Source: an uncultured Actinomycetota bacterium (GTDB taxonomy: Bacteria; Actinomycetota; Actinomycetes; Mycobacteriales; Mycobacteriaceae). Taken from it: DNA of 32,000 bases. Under the pieces are notes generated by a model that worked only from the letters and a program-made list of their open reading frames with translations, was not told where the DNA came from and did no database searches. This document shows, piece by piece, positions 8,402-17,051 of the stretch (its first letter is position 1; each line of letters starts with the position of its first letter). Where the stretch lies: contig CAVTDY010000009.1 in NCBI GenBank assembly GCA_963733605.1, positions 1-32,000 on the forward strand, written 5' to 3'. The position numbers were made by a program, and so were the translations under genes.

Positions 8402-10801
8402 ATGACCGGGCCTTTCTCCTGGCAGGCTGCCGGGCCAATGCTGGTCGTGGAGATCCAGGGGACCGAGAAGACGCTGCGGCCGGGCCCGTCGTGCCGGGTG
8501 GGCCGTGACCCGCGGTCGGACATCGTCATCGACGACATCCGGGTGTCCTGGAACCACGCGGTGCTGCGGACCGAGCGCGGCGCGTGGTTCGCCGAAGACT
8601 GCGGAAGCACGAACGGGACGTTCGTGGCGTCGCGGAAGATTGACCGGTTCGAGATCACCGACGACTGCGTGCTGCACTTCGGCAGCCGTGATGACGGCCC
8701 CGCCCTGTCCTGCTCGCTATACCGCCTGGGACGCTCCGACTGGCCGAGCGTGGACCGGCGGCCCAGCGCGGTGACGCGCGCGCCTGCCCGCGCGCTGCGC
8801 ATCGGCCGCGCGGAAGACAACGACATCGTGCTGGCCGATCTCAGCGTCTCCCGCCACCACGCGGAACTGCGGAACACCGGCGACGGCCGCTACGCGATCG
8901 TCGACCTGGACAGTAGCAACGGGACCTTCCTCAACGGCGCGCGGGTCATTTTCACCTCATCCGTGACCGAGCAGGACATCATCGGCATCGGCCCCGCCAC
9001 GTTCCGCCTGGTCGGCGGCGAGCTCCGGCAGTTCATCGACAGCGGTGACGTCTCGCTGATCGCGCAGGACCTGACGGTGCGCGGGACGGGAGGCAGAGTC
9101 CTGCTCGACCGGGTCAGCTTCCCGATCAGCGAGCGCAGCCTGGTGGCGGTTATCGGGCCCAGCGGGGCGGGAAAGACCACGCTGCTCCGCGCCCTGACCG
9201 GGATGGCGCCCGCGACCGAGGGCGCGGTCCTGTACGACCACCGCGATCTCTACTCGCATTACGCCGAACTGCGGCACCGGATCGGCCTGGTGCCCCAGGA
9301 GGATGTCATCTATCCCCATCTGACCCCGCGGCGCGCCCTCGGCTACGCGGCCGAGCTGCGATTCCCCGGTGACACCTCGGACGAGGAGCGCAGCGTCCGG
9401 GTCCAGGAGGTCCTCGACGAGCTCAAGCTCAACCAGACCACGAAGGACCGCCCGGAGCCGACCGCGGACACCCCGGCCGCGGCGTTGTCCGGGGGCGAGA
9501 AGAAAAGGGTCAACATCGCGCTGGAGCTGCTGACCAAGCCGTCCGTGCTCTTCCTGGACGAGCCCACCTCCAGCCTGGACGTGGAGCTCAAAGAGGACGT
9601 CGTGGACAGCATGAAGGAGCTGGCCCAGGACGGCCGTACGATCATCATGGTCACCCACGACCTCGAATACCTGGATCAATGCGACCGGGTCCTAGTGCTC
9701 AAGCCCGGCGGCCAGATGGTGTTCTACGGACCGTCGGACGAGGGGCTGCGCTATTTCGGCAAATCGCGCTGGGTTGAGGTGTACCGGGCCCTCCGGGCCG
9801 AACCTGAGCGCGACTGGGCGGGAGAATTCGAGCGGTCGTCCTGCTACCTCCAGTACGTGGCCAGCGGGCTGACGGGCCAGGTCCCGAACTCCGCCCGCGG
9901 GCCCGCGGAGCCTCCTCCGGCACCACGGAGCCGCCTGGCTCAGCTGGCCATCCTGTGCCGGAGGTACACCGCCCTCATCGCGGCCGACCGGGGCTTCCTG
10001 ATCTCGCTGGCGGTCGTGCCGATCGTGTTCGGGGCCCTGGTCAGGCTGCTGGCCGGCCGGCAGGGGCTGGTCGGCGCCAGGAACGTCAACGCCGAGACCA
10101 CGTTGCTGTTCCTGGCCCTCATCGCCGTCCTGGGCGGCGCGGCCGGATCGGTGCGGGAGCTGATCAAGGAGCGGGCCATGTACGTCCGGGAGCGCACGGC
10201 CGGCCTGTCGGCCGGCGCCTATCTGCTGTCCAAGGTCACGGTGCTCGGGCTCATCACCGGCCTTCAGGCCGCCGTGCTGGTCCTCATCGGCGTCGCCGGC
10301 GTGCCGTTGCCGCGCCGCGGCGTGTACCTTCCGTCGCCGCTGGCCGAAATCCTGCTCGCCGTGGTCGTCCTCGCCATTGCCTCCATGACCGTGGGCCTGG
10401 CCGTGTCCGCGTTCGTCGACTCGTCGGAGAAGACGATGCAGGCGCTGGTGCTGATCGCGATTGCGCAGGTCATGCTGTCCGGCGGGGTCCTGGCGCTGGG
10501 CGCCGGGCTGCAGCAGCTCGCCTACCTGGCCCCCGCACGCTGGGGTTTCGGCGCGACCGCGTCCACCGTCAACCTCAACGCCATCTTGCTCGGGAGCGGC
10601 AAGCCGGCCGACGCGCTCTGGGATCATCGGTCCTCCGCCTGGTTGCTAGCCATGGGCGTGCAGGTCCTGCTGGTGGTGGTCTTCACGCTTATCGCCTGGT
10701 GGCGGCTGCTCCGGATCGGCCCCGGCGGCACCCGGCCGCTGATCGGGTTCCGGGTCCGGCTGCCCAGCCTGCGCCGGCAGTCGGCCTCACCGCGGGGCTA
10801 G
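8402..10801 (+). CDS. ABC exporter with two N-terminal FHA domains, fused ATPase and ABC-2 permease (Rv1747 architecture)
   Basis: FHA1 reads CRVGRDPRSDIVIDD..VSWNHAVL..GSTNGTFV and FHA2 reads LRIGRAEDNDIVLADLSVSRHHAEL..DSSNGTFLNG. Walker A is GPSGAGKTT, the signature is LSGGEKKR, Walker B is VLFLDEPTSSLD and the H-loop is VTHD. A C-terminal block of about 260 aa is multi-spanning and hydrophobic. I placed the start at ATG 8402 because FHA1 begins about 12 aa later; the track ORF begins at GTG 8210. Confidence 0.9.
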   Translation: MTGPFSWQAAGPMLVVEIQGTEKTLRPGPSCRVGRDPRSDIVIDDIRVSWNHAVLRTERGAWFAEDCGSTNGTFVASRKIDRFEITDDCVLHFGSRDDGPALSCSLYRLGRSDWPSVDRRPSAVTRAPARALRIGRAEDNDIVLADLSVSRHHAELRNTGDGRYAIVDLDSSNGTFLNGARVIFTSSVTEQDIIGIGPATFRLVGGELRQFIDSGDVSLIAQDLTVRGTGGRVLLDRVSFPISERSLVAVIGPSGAGKTTLLRALTGMAPATEGAVLYDHRDLYSHYAELRHRIGLVPQEDVIYPHLTPRRALGYAAELRFPGDTSDEERSVRVQEVLDELKLNQTTKDRPEPTADTPAAALSGGEKKRVNIALELLTKPSVLFLDEPTSSLDVELKEDVVDSMKELAQDGRTIIMVTHDLEYLDQCDRVLVLKPGGQMVFYGPSDEGLRYFGKSRWVEVYRALRAEPERDWAGEFERSSCYLQYVASGLTGQVPNSARGPAEPPPAPRSRLAQLAILCRRYTALIAADRGFLISLAVVPIVFGALVRLLAGRQGLVGARNVNAETTLLFLALIAVLGGAAGSVRELIKERAMYVRERTAGLSAGAYLLSKVTVLGLITGLQAAVLVLIGVAGVPLPRRGVYLPSPLAEILLAVVVLAIASMTVGLAVSAFVDSSEKTMQALVLIAIAQVMLSGGVLALGAGLQQLAYLAPARWGFGATASTVNLNAILLGSGKPADALWDHRSSAWLLAMGVQVLLVVVFTLIAWWRLLRIGPGGTRPLIGFRVRLPSLRRQSASPRG

Positions 10802-11044
10802 GACGCGGGCGTCAGCCGCGCGCCGCTGGGGCGTGTTTGAAAAGTGGTTCGTGGTGCTGAGATGCCGATTACAGCTTGGTGACGGCGCCTGCGAAGTGGT
10901 GATGTCTCCGGTCCCAGAAATCGCCGCGCACCGCGAGTACTACCAGCGCGGCCGGTTCCTGCCAGGGGCCGACCGGGGTCGGAGCCGCCGAGTACAACGT
11001 CGCGATGGACGCGCGCCGGGTCGTCTCCCCGCCCAGGTCGGGGT

Positions 11045-11554
11045 TCAGCGTAAAGACCTGCTCATGGGATTATCACCGGGGCTGTCGGGCGGGGGTCCCA
11101 GGATCGTGCAACCTACCTTGGCCATGGCAGTGGCCACGGCGTCGGGCGTGCAGGCCCAGTCGTCCGGCGGTGGGTTCCGCAGATCCCACCCTGCTTCCCG
11201 GAAGGCTTGTTCCAGGCCGCCAGGAGCGATTACCTCCAGGATGGTTGCGATGCCGGAGGTGACCAAGTAGGTGTGGGGAAGGCCCCTGGGCAGGAAGGCG
11301 ACGCCGCCGCCTGAGAGTTCCCGTCGCTGGTCACCGGCCCAGACCGTCAAAGCGCCGTTGAGAAGCAGGAAGATCTCGTCCTCTCGCTGGTGGACGTGGA
11401 CCGGAACTCCGCTGCCCCGCGTGGTGTTGCTTCGCATGATCAGGACCTGGCCGTTGCTGACGGCAGAGTCCACCAGGACTTCCAGGGTCGAGCCGCCCAT
11501 CCAGGCCAGTTGCTGGTGCTCGGCGGCGGCGGCGAAGTAGGCGCCCAGGGTCAT
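11045..11554 (-). CDS. Cupin-domain protein
   Basis: 169 aa. The core GSGVPVHVHQREDEIFLLLNGALTVWAGDQRRELSGGGVAFLPRGLPHTY is a two-motif cupin barrel pattern. Confidence 0.75.
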   Translation of the reverse strand: MTLGAYFAAAAEHQQLAWMGGSTLEVLVDSAVSNGQVLIMRSNTTRGSGVPVHVHQREDEIFLLLNGALTVWAGDQRRELSGGGVAFLPRGLPHTYLVTSGIATILEVIAPGGLEQAFREAGWDLRNPPPDDWACTPDAVATAMAKVGCTILGPPPDSPGDNPMSRSLR

Positions 11555-11683
11555 GGTGCCACGCTAGCGCGCTCTCAAAAGGAGCGGACCGGCTCGGGTT
11601 CCCCGCGGACGAAGATGGACTCGCCTAGCCCCCGCCGGCGCCGGTACTGGCCCGGCCCGGACGCGCACTCACGCGGCGGCCAG

Positions 11684-12790
11684 CTACGTGCTGAGCAGCT
11701 CGCGGATCGAGGCAAGGTAGCTAGAGATGCTCTCCTTCTGCCTGGTCAGCTCGCCGAGTTCGCCCTGAGCTGCGGTCTGAAGCCGGCTGATCTGGTTCGC
11801 GGTGTCGGTCAGGAGCTGGTCGGCCTGCGCCTTGGCCTGGGCGACGATCTGGCCGGCGTGCTCGTTGGCGTTGGCAACGAGCTGCTGGGAGTGCTGGTCT
11901 GCCGCGCGCAAGATCTGCTCCGTCTGCGCGCTGGCCGCGGCGGCCCGCTGCTCGGCTTCGGCGACCCGCTTGTGGGTGGCTGGTTGCGGTGCCGCCTGGC
12001 GTTCTGCCTCCCGCCTTTCGGCTTCCCCGCGGCGGGAGGCAAGCTGGGTCTGCAGCTCGGCTTCGGCCTGAGCTCGCTGCGCCTCGCTTTCCTCGAGGAT
12101 CCGCCGGGCCTGGCTGCGTATCTCGTCCGCCTGCCGCCTGGGGGTGGCGAGAAACTCGTCCCGCTCTCGCTTCGCGCTGGCCTTCAGCTGGGCGACCTCC
12201 CGCTCAGTGGTAGTGCGCAGCCTGGCGATGTCCAGCTCGGCCGCGGCCTGCGTCTCCGCCACCTGGTGGCCGGCCGTGGCGCGGACCCTGGCGACCTCGC
12301 GTTCAGTGATCGAGGCCAGCTCGTCAGCCTCCAGCCGGGCTGCAACCTTGACCGCGTCCGCTTCCCGCCCGGCGGAAGCGCGCAGGTCGCCGGTTTCCCG
12401 TACGGCACTCGCCCGCAGCTCCGCGGCCTCATTCCCGGCCGCAGCCCGCAGTTCGGCCGCCTCCGCCTTAGCCGCAGCCAGCAGCTCGTCGGCGGCGGTC
12501 CTGGCCTCACCGAGGATCTCGGTGGCATGCTCCTCAGCAAGCCCCAGCAACGGCTCGATCCGGGGCCCAGGACCCGTACGGGCGCGGCGCTCCCGCAGCT
12601 GGCGCTGCACGGCGGACAGCTCACGCTGCAGCGCCTGGACCTGTTCCCGGTGCCGGCCGGCCCAGTCCGCCAGCTGCTCGATGTACTCGTCCACCTGATG
12701 GCGGTCATAGCCCCGGAGTGCCGCCTCGAAAACCCGCGAGGGCGGCTCCCCGGGGACGTTACCGCCCTGGGCATCAATCCCGGGATCCAT
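11684..12790 (-). CDS. DivIVA-domain coiled-coil protein
   Basis: The N-terminal FEAALRGYDRHQVDEYIEQL is the DivIVA-domain signature. The rest is Ala/Glu/Arg-rich helix. I chose ATG 12790, which has GGAGGG 7 nt upstream, over the TTG at 12805. Confidence 0.8.
   Translation of the reverse strand: MDPGIDAQGGNVPGEPPSRVFEAALRGYDRHQVDEYIEQLADWAGRHREQVQALQRELSAVQRQLRERRARTGPGPRIEPLLGLAEEHATEILGEARTAADELLAAAKAEAAELRAAAGNEAAELRASAVRETGDLRASAGREADAVKVAARLEADELASITEREVARVRATAGHQVAETQAAAELDIARLRTTTEREVAQLKASAKRERDEFLATPRRQADEIRSQARRILEESEAQRAQAEAELQTQLASRRGEAERREAERQAAPQPATHKRVAEAEQRAAAASAQTEQILRAADQHSQQLVANANEHAGQIVAQAKAQADQLLTDTANQISRLQTAAQGELGELTRQKESISSYLASIRELLST
12080..12475 (-). repeat. 33-bp (11-codon) periodic repeat block inside the DivIVA-domain gene
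   Basis: Twelve consecutive 11-residue units: AAKAEAAELRA / AAGNEAAELRA / SAVRETGDLRA / SAGREADAVKV / AARLEADELAS / ITEREVARVRA / TAGHQVAETQA / AAELDIARLRT / TTEREVAQLKA / SAKRERDEFLA / TPRRQADEIRS / QARRILEESEA. Confidence 0.7.
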
Positions 12791-13104
12791 ACGCTCACCC
12801 TCCAATCACCCGGACAGACGGGCGAAACCTGACCCAATGCCCGCTATGCCCGCGATCCAGGTGACTTTGCGACGCAGGACCTGTTCCACGCCGCCATCCT
12901 CCAAGTAACCGGACCGCCTCCCGAGGCGCACTAGCCCGGGCACAGCCCTCTACCCATAGGTGCGTGGCAGGGCCGCATGTGATACGTCTGCGGCGGGTTT
13001 CTTCGGCAGGGATCCCCCGCGTTCCAGGTCGGCTGCCGCCGGATACGCGTCATGCTCGCCGTGACACGATCTCTGCAGTGGCATATCGGGTATTAGTGGC
13101 GCGG

Positions 13105-13767
13105 TTATTTGCTGCGTGGCGGGCGGTCATCTGCCGGGGGTGTCAGGCAGTCGCGGCCGCCGATCAGGGCCAGTGTTGCGGCGGCTGCTTGCTCTGCGGC
13201 GGCCTCGGCCGCGTGGCGGCCGGAGCCGAAACTGCCGTCGAGCATGAGCATGGCGTGGCCGTGTGCCGTGGCCACGATGGCGGACGCGAGCCGCGCGGCC
13301 GCTGTTTCGCTGCCGCCGGCCAGTTCGGCCGACGGGGACAGGAAGGCCGTGCCGATGGATTGCGCGGCGGCTGCGATCTCGGGGTGGCTGTCCTTGCTGA
13401 GCCCGGACCCGGCCAGGGCCTGGAACAGGGGCCGCTGATCGTCGGCGAAGTGCACGTAGGCCCGGGCCGCGGCGGCGAGCCGCTGGGCCGGCGCCCCGGA
13501 TGCGGCGTGGCGGTCAAGCTGCTCGGCGAGGAGACCTGCGGCCCGGAGCGCGACCGCGGCCAGCAGCGCGTCCCGGTCGGCGAAGTGCCGGTACGGCGCG
13601 GATGCCGCGACACCGAGGCGGCGGCTGGCCTCCGCCATCGAGAACGCCTCGGCGCCGCGCTCACCGAGCATCCCGATGGCAGTCTCGATCAACGCCTGGC
13701 GCAGGTCACCGTGGTGGTAGCGGCCGCGCTTAGCCGACCCGGCCGCGGCGTGGCCGTGGCTGGTCAT
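13105..13767 (-). CDS. TetR-family transcriptional regulator
   Basis: I trimmed the ORF to ATG 13767. The HTH reads GAEAFSMAEASRRLGVAASAPYRHFADRDALLAAV. The start overlaps the stop of the upstream SDR gene as ATGA (13764-13767). Confidence 0.85.
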   Translation of the reverse strand: MTSHGHAAAGSAKRGRYHHGDLRQALIETAIGMLGERGAEAFSMAEASRRLGVAASAPYRHFADRDALLAAVALRAAGLLAEQLDRHAASGAPAQRLAAAARAYVHFADDQRPLFQALAGSGLSKDSHPEIAAAAQSIGTAFLSPSAELAGGSETAAARLASAIVATAHGHAMLMLDGSFGSGRHAAEAAAEQAAAATLALIGGRDCLTPPADDRPPRSK

Positions 13768-14621
13768 TGCGGTGCGGGGAAGGGCACCATGCGGCGCATG
13801 AACGCGTCCCACCCGCGGTCGCCGAGGACGCGCCGCGCCACCGGGGCAAGGCGGGCCTGGGAGCCGACCTTGTAGCGTGCCTTCGGGTGCCGGGCGGTGA
13901 CCGCCCTGACGATCACCCTCGCCACATCATCCGGGTCGAGCACGGCGCGGGCACCGTCATGGTGGGCGCGGGCGGTCATCTTGTCCACGTTCGCCGTGTA
14001 CGCCGCATACGGTCCGTTGCCGTCACCGCCGGGCTTGTGCAGCTCGCTGTTGGCCAGGAACCGGGTCCGCACCGCGCCGGGCTCGATCAGCACGACCCGG
14101 ACCCCGAACGGGGCCACCTCCGGGCGGAGCGCGTCGCACAGCGACTCCACCGCGTACTTGGTCATGGCATACGGGCAGCCCGTCGGGGGAGTCACCAGGC
14201 CAGCCGCCGACCCGAGGTTGACGATCATGCCGCTGCGCCGGGCGCGCATGCCGGGCAGCACGAGCTGGCACATGCCGACCAGCCCGAACACGTTCGTGTC
14301 GAAGACCTCCCGGACCAGGCTCAGCGGCACCTCCTCCACCGGCCCGCCGCCACCGTGCCCGGCGTTGTTGACCAGCACCCCGACTGCGCCGTGCTCGGCC
14401 TCGACCCGCCGCACCGCTGCGACCCGGGATTGCTCGTCGGTCACGTCCAGTTCGAGCACCCGGCAGCCCGCCTGTTCCAGCTCCCCGAGACTGCCTGCCT
14501 TCCGCGCCGACGCCCAGACGGGAAACCCGGCCCGGACCAGGGCAAGCGCGCTCGCGCGACCAGTACCCGAAGAGCACCCTGTCACCAGTACGGCTTTAGA
14601 CAGGGATGTCTGCGGGCCCAT
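13764..14621 (-). CDS. SDR-family oxidoreductase
   Basis: I trimmed the ORF to ATG 14621. Features are the cofactor motif VLVTGCSSGTGRA, NNAG, and an active-site YAMTKYAVESL (YxxxK). Confidence 0.88.
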   Translation of the reverse strand: MGPQTSLSKAVLVTGCSSGTGRASALALVRAGFPVWASARKAGSLGELEQAGCRVLELDVTDEQSRVAAVRRVEAEHGAVGVLVNNAGHGGGGPVEEVPLSLVREVFDTNVFGLVGMCQLVLPGMRARRSGMIVNLGSAAGLVTPPTGCPYAMTKYAVESLCDALRPEVAPFGVRVVLIEPGAVRTRFLANSELHKPGGDGNGPYAAYTANVDKMTARAHHDGARAVLDPDDVARVIVRAVTARHPKARYKVGSQARLAPVARRVLGDRGWDAFMRRMVPFPAPQ

Positions 14622-14654
14622 GTGATAGTCATTCACAATGTGAATTGCTATCAC
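14622..14654. promoter_or_regulatory. 33-bp imperfect palindrome, probable operator of the SDR-TetR operon
   Basis: The sequence is GTGATAGTCATTCACAATGTGAATTGCTATCAC, with 14 of 16 arm positions self-complementary. It abuts the SDR start codon and is AT-rich in a GC-rich context. Confidence 0.6.
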
Positions 14655-14697
14655 ATCAACCGCCGCGCGTCAACCAGAGCGCACACGCCTGCAGCTG

Positions 14698-15474
14698 GTG
14701 AGCAACCGGGAACTTTCCTGGCCCGGCCGGAGAACGCAGGGGGAGACGGTGACGGCCAAAACCCCCACGCACGAACTGTTCGACGCGAAGTTGCAACTCG
14801 CGCCATACTCCGACGGCGGCATCCCGCTTGCGGTGGCGGCCGTCGCCTCACCGACAGGTGCACGGCTGGCCGGCAAGCACGGCATCGGCCTGCTGTCGAT
14901 CGGGGCCACGTTGGTGGTCGAAGGCTTCGATGCGCTTGCCCATCACTGGGGCATCGTCGAAGAGCGGGCCGCCGCGTTCGGCACGCTGGTCGATCGCAAC
15001 GACTGGACCCTGGTCGGTCCGTTCCATGTCGCCGAGACCGACGAACAGGCGCGCGCCGACGTGAGATTCGGCATCGAGCCGTGGTTCCGGTACTTCCAGA
15101 AGGTCGCGGCGTTTCCACAGATGACCATGCCCGGGGATCAGGTCGACGAGATGATCAACATCATCAACGACGCGGGAGCCGGTGTGATCGGCTCGCCGGA
15201 GCGGGCCCGCGCGCAGGTGCAGCGCTTGTGGGAGCAGTCCGGCGGGTTCGGCTGCATGCTGCAGATGGGTCACGAGTGGGCGAATCCGGCTGCGACGAAG
15301 CGGTCCGCCGAGCTGTTCGCCGCCGAGGTGATGCCCCACTTCCAAGGACAGGCGCAGCCGACGCTGGACGCCGCGATGCGCGCGAGCGAGGTGCGGGACG
15401 ACCTCGCGCAGACGCAATTTCAGGCGATCGACCACATGACGAAGAAGTACCAGGACGAGCTCGACGCTAAGTGA
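14698..15474 (+). pseudogene. LLM-class (luciferase-like, LimB-type) flavin-dependent oxidoreductase, 5-prime truncated
   Basis: Homology as I recognise it starts at GETVTAKT (about nt 14740). It continues through LQLAPYSDGGIPLAVAAVASPTGARLAGKHGIGLLSIGAT...MPHFQG to the stop. The N-terminal third of the TIM barrel (roughly 100-140 aa) has no counterpart upstream, where the oppositely oriented SDR gene lies. Confidence 0.75.
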
Positions 15475-15477
15475 TGG

Positions 15478-15874
15478 TCACCGCGGCGCCACCTGCGCTG
15501 GCTCCGTTGCGATATCAGGTGCCGGTGCTGTGTACCGCCGGGTCGCCAGCACGCGACCCGCCAGAATGAGAGTCAACGCGGCGACGTTCCACAGCGTCAA
15601 CGGCTCGTGCAAAACGATCACACCGGCCGCCAAGGCCACCGCCGGGTTGATGTAGGTGAACACCAGCGCACGCGCGGCACCAGCCTCGCGGATGAGCGCG
15701 AAGAACATAATGAACGCCAGCGCGGTACAGATCACCGCCCGTCCCACACACGCCGATTACCGGCCCGATGATGCGTTTGTAACCCAGTCGCTCACCGCCG
15801 GTCTTGATCATCAGGTAGGGGATGCCCCAGATGATGCTCATCGCGAGGAACAGGATCCATCCGCGTGAGCTCAC
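15478..15874 (-). pseudogene. EamA/DMT-family transporter with large internal deletion and frameshift
   Basis: An N-terminal fragment (GTG 15874: MSSRGWILFLAMSIIWGIPYLMIK...) and a C-terminal fragment (...AVICTALAFIMFFALIREAGAARALVFTYINPAVALAAGVIVLHEPLTLWNVAALTLILAGRVL) lie in different frames. Together they span only 397 nt, against about 900 nt for an intact 10-TMS EamA gene. The junction is near 15740-15760. Confidence 0.7.
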
Positions 15875-15924
15875 CTACATACCGTACGAAATGGGAGCAA
15901 GCGGATTTCCCTGCGTCGGGCCGG

Positions 15925-17051
15925 CTAGGGCGTAGTCAGCTCCGCGTAGCGCGCAACGTGGAAATCGGTCGACCCGAACTCGAACTGCAAGGCGGTGAGC
16001 CGCTTGAAGTAGTGGCCGATCGCCAGCTCCTCGGTCATGCCCATACCGCCGTGCAGCTGCACCGCCTGCTGACCGATGAATCGCGCCGCCCTGCCGACCG
16101 TCGCCTTCGCTGCCGATACCGCCCGCGCGCGGACGGCCGGCTCTGCCTCGAGGTTGAGCACAGCGAGATACACCGCGGCCACGGCCTGCTCGAGTTCCAG
16201 GTACATGTCGACCATCCGGTGCTGCAGCACCTGGAAGCTTCCGATCGGCTGCCCGAACTGCTGGCGCTGCTTGCAGTATTCGACCGTGTCGGCCAACACC
16301 TTTCGCATACAGCCCACCGCTTCCGAGCAGATCGCCGCCGCGCCTTCGTCGCGAGCCTTGGCGAGCGACGGCCACGCGTCACCCTCCTCGCCCAGCAGCG
16401 CACTCGCGGGTAACCGCAGCCCGTCGAACACAAGGTCGGCTGCTCGCCGGTCGTCTATCGTCCGGTAACTGTGGGTCTCGATTCCCGTTGAAGCCGAATC
16501 GGTTTCGACGAGAAACAGCGAGAGCCCGCCTGACGTGCGGGCCGTGACCAGCAGGTGTGTGGCAAGGGGTGCGCTCATCGCGACGATCTTCGAACCACGC
16601 AGCACCCATGCCTCGCCGTCACGGTCGGCGACCGTGGACACGTCCTGCCAATGCTCGCCGGACGCCGGCTCCGCCGCGGCCAGCGCCACAATCGCGGTGC
16701 CGGCCGCCACCTTTTCCAGCAGTGCCGTCGCCGCCTGGCCCCCGCGCCCGTTGCAGCAGGCCACCGGCCACCACCACCGTGTCGACGTACGGGTTCCACC
16801 ACCAACGCATGGCCGAGCGCCTCGGCGATCACCATGACTTCGACTGGGCCGCCGCCGATTCCGCCCACGCCTTCGGGCAGCGCGGCACCCAGGATGCCGA
16901 GCTCGTCGGCGAATCCACGCCAGATATCGGGTTGCCAACCGGCACCGGTCTTGGCCGCGGCGCGGCTCTTCTCGAGGTCGTACCGCGTCGACAGGAACCT
17001 GCCGAGCCCGTCGCGCAGCAGTTCCTGTTCCTTGCTCAGATTGAAGTCCAT
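15925..17051 (-). pseudogene. Acyl-CoA dehydrogenase (second of an adjacent pair), two +1 frameshifts
   Basis: ATG 17051 gives MDFNLSKEQELLRDGLGRFL...AEALGHALVVEP. This continues as YVDTVVVAGGLLQRA in the next frame and as GGQAATALLEKVAAG...LHGGMGMTEELAIGHYFKRL in the third. The shifts are at about 16791-16793 and about 16744-16747. The span is 1127 nt, which is 3n+2. Confidence 0.85.

Noticed and set aside
10869-11066. 65-codon minus-strand open frame (…LNPDLGGETTRRASIATLYSAAPTPVGPWQEPAALVVLAVRGDFWDRRHHHFAGAVTKL-stop) between the exporter and the cupin gene
   Set aside because: It has no start codon with an SD and no recognisable family. It may be a gene remnant, but I cannot name it.
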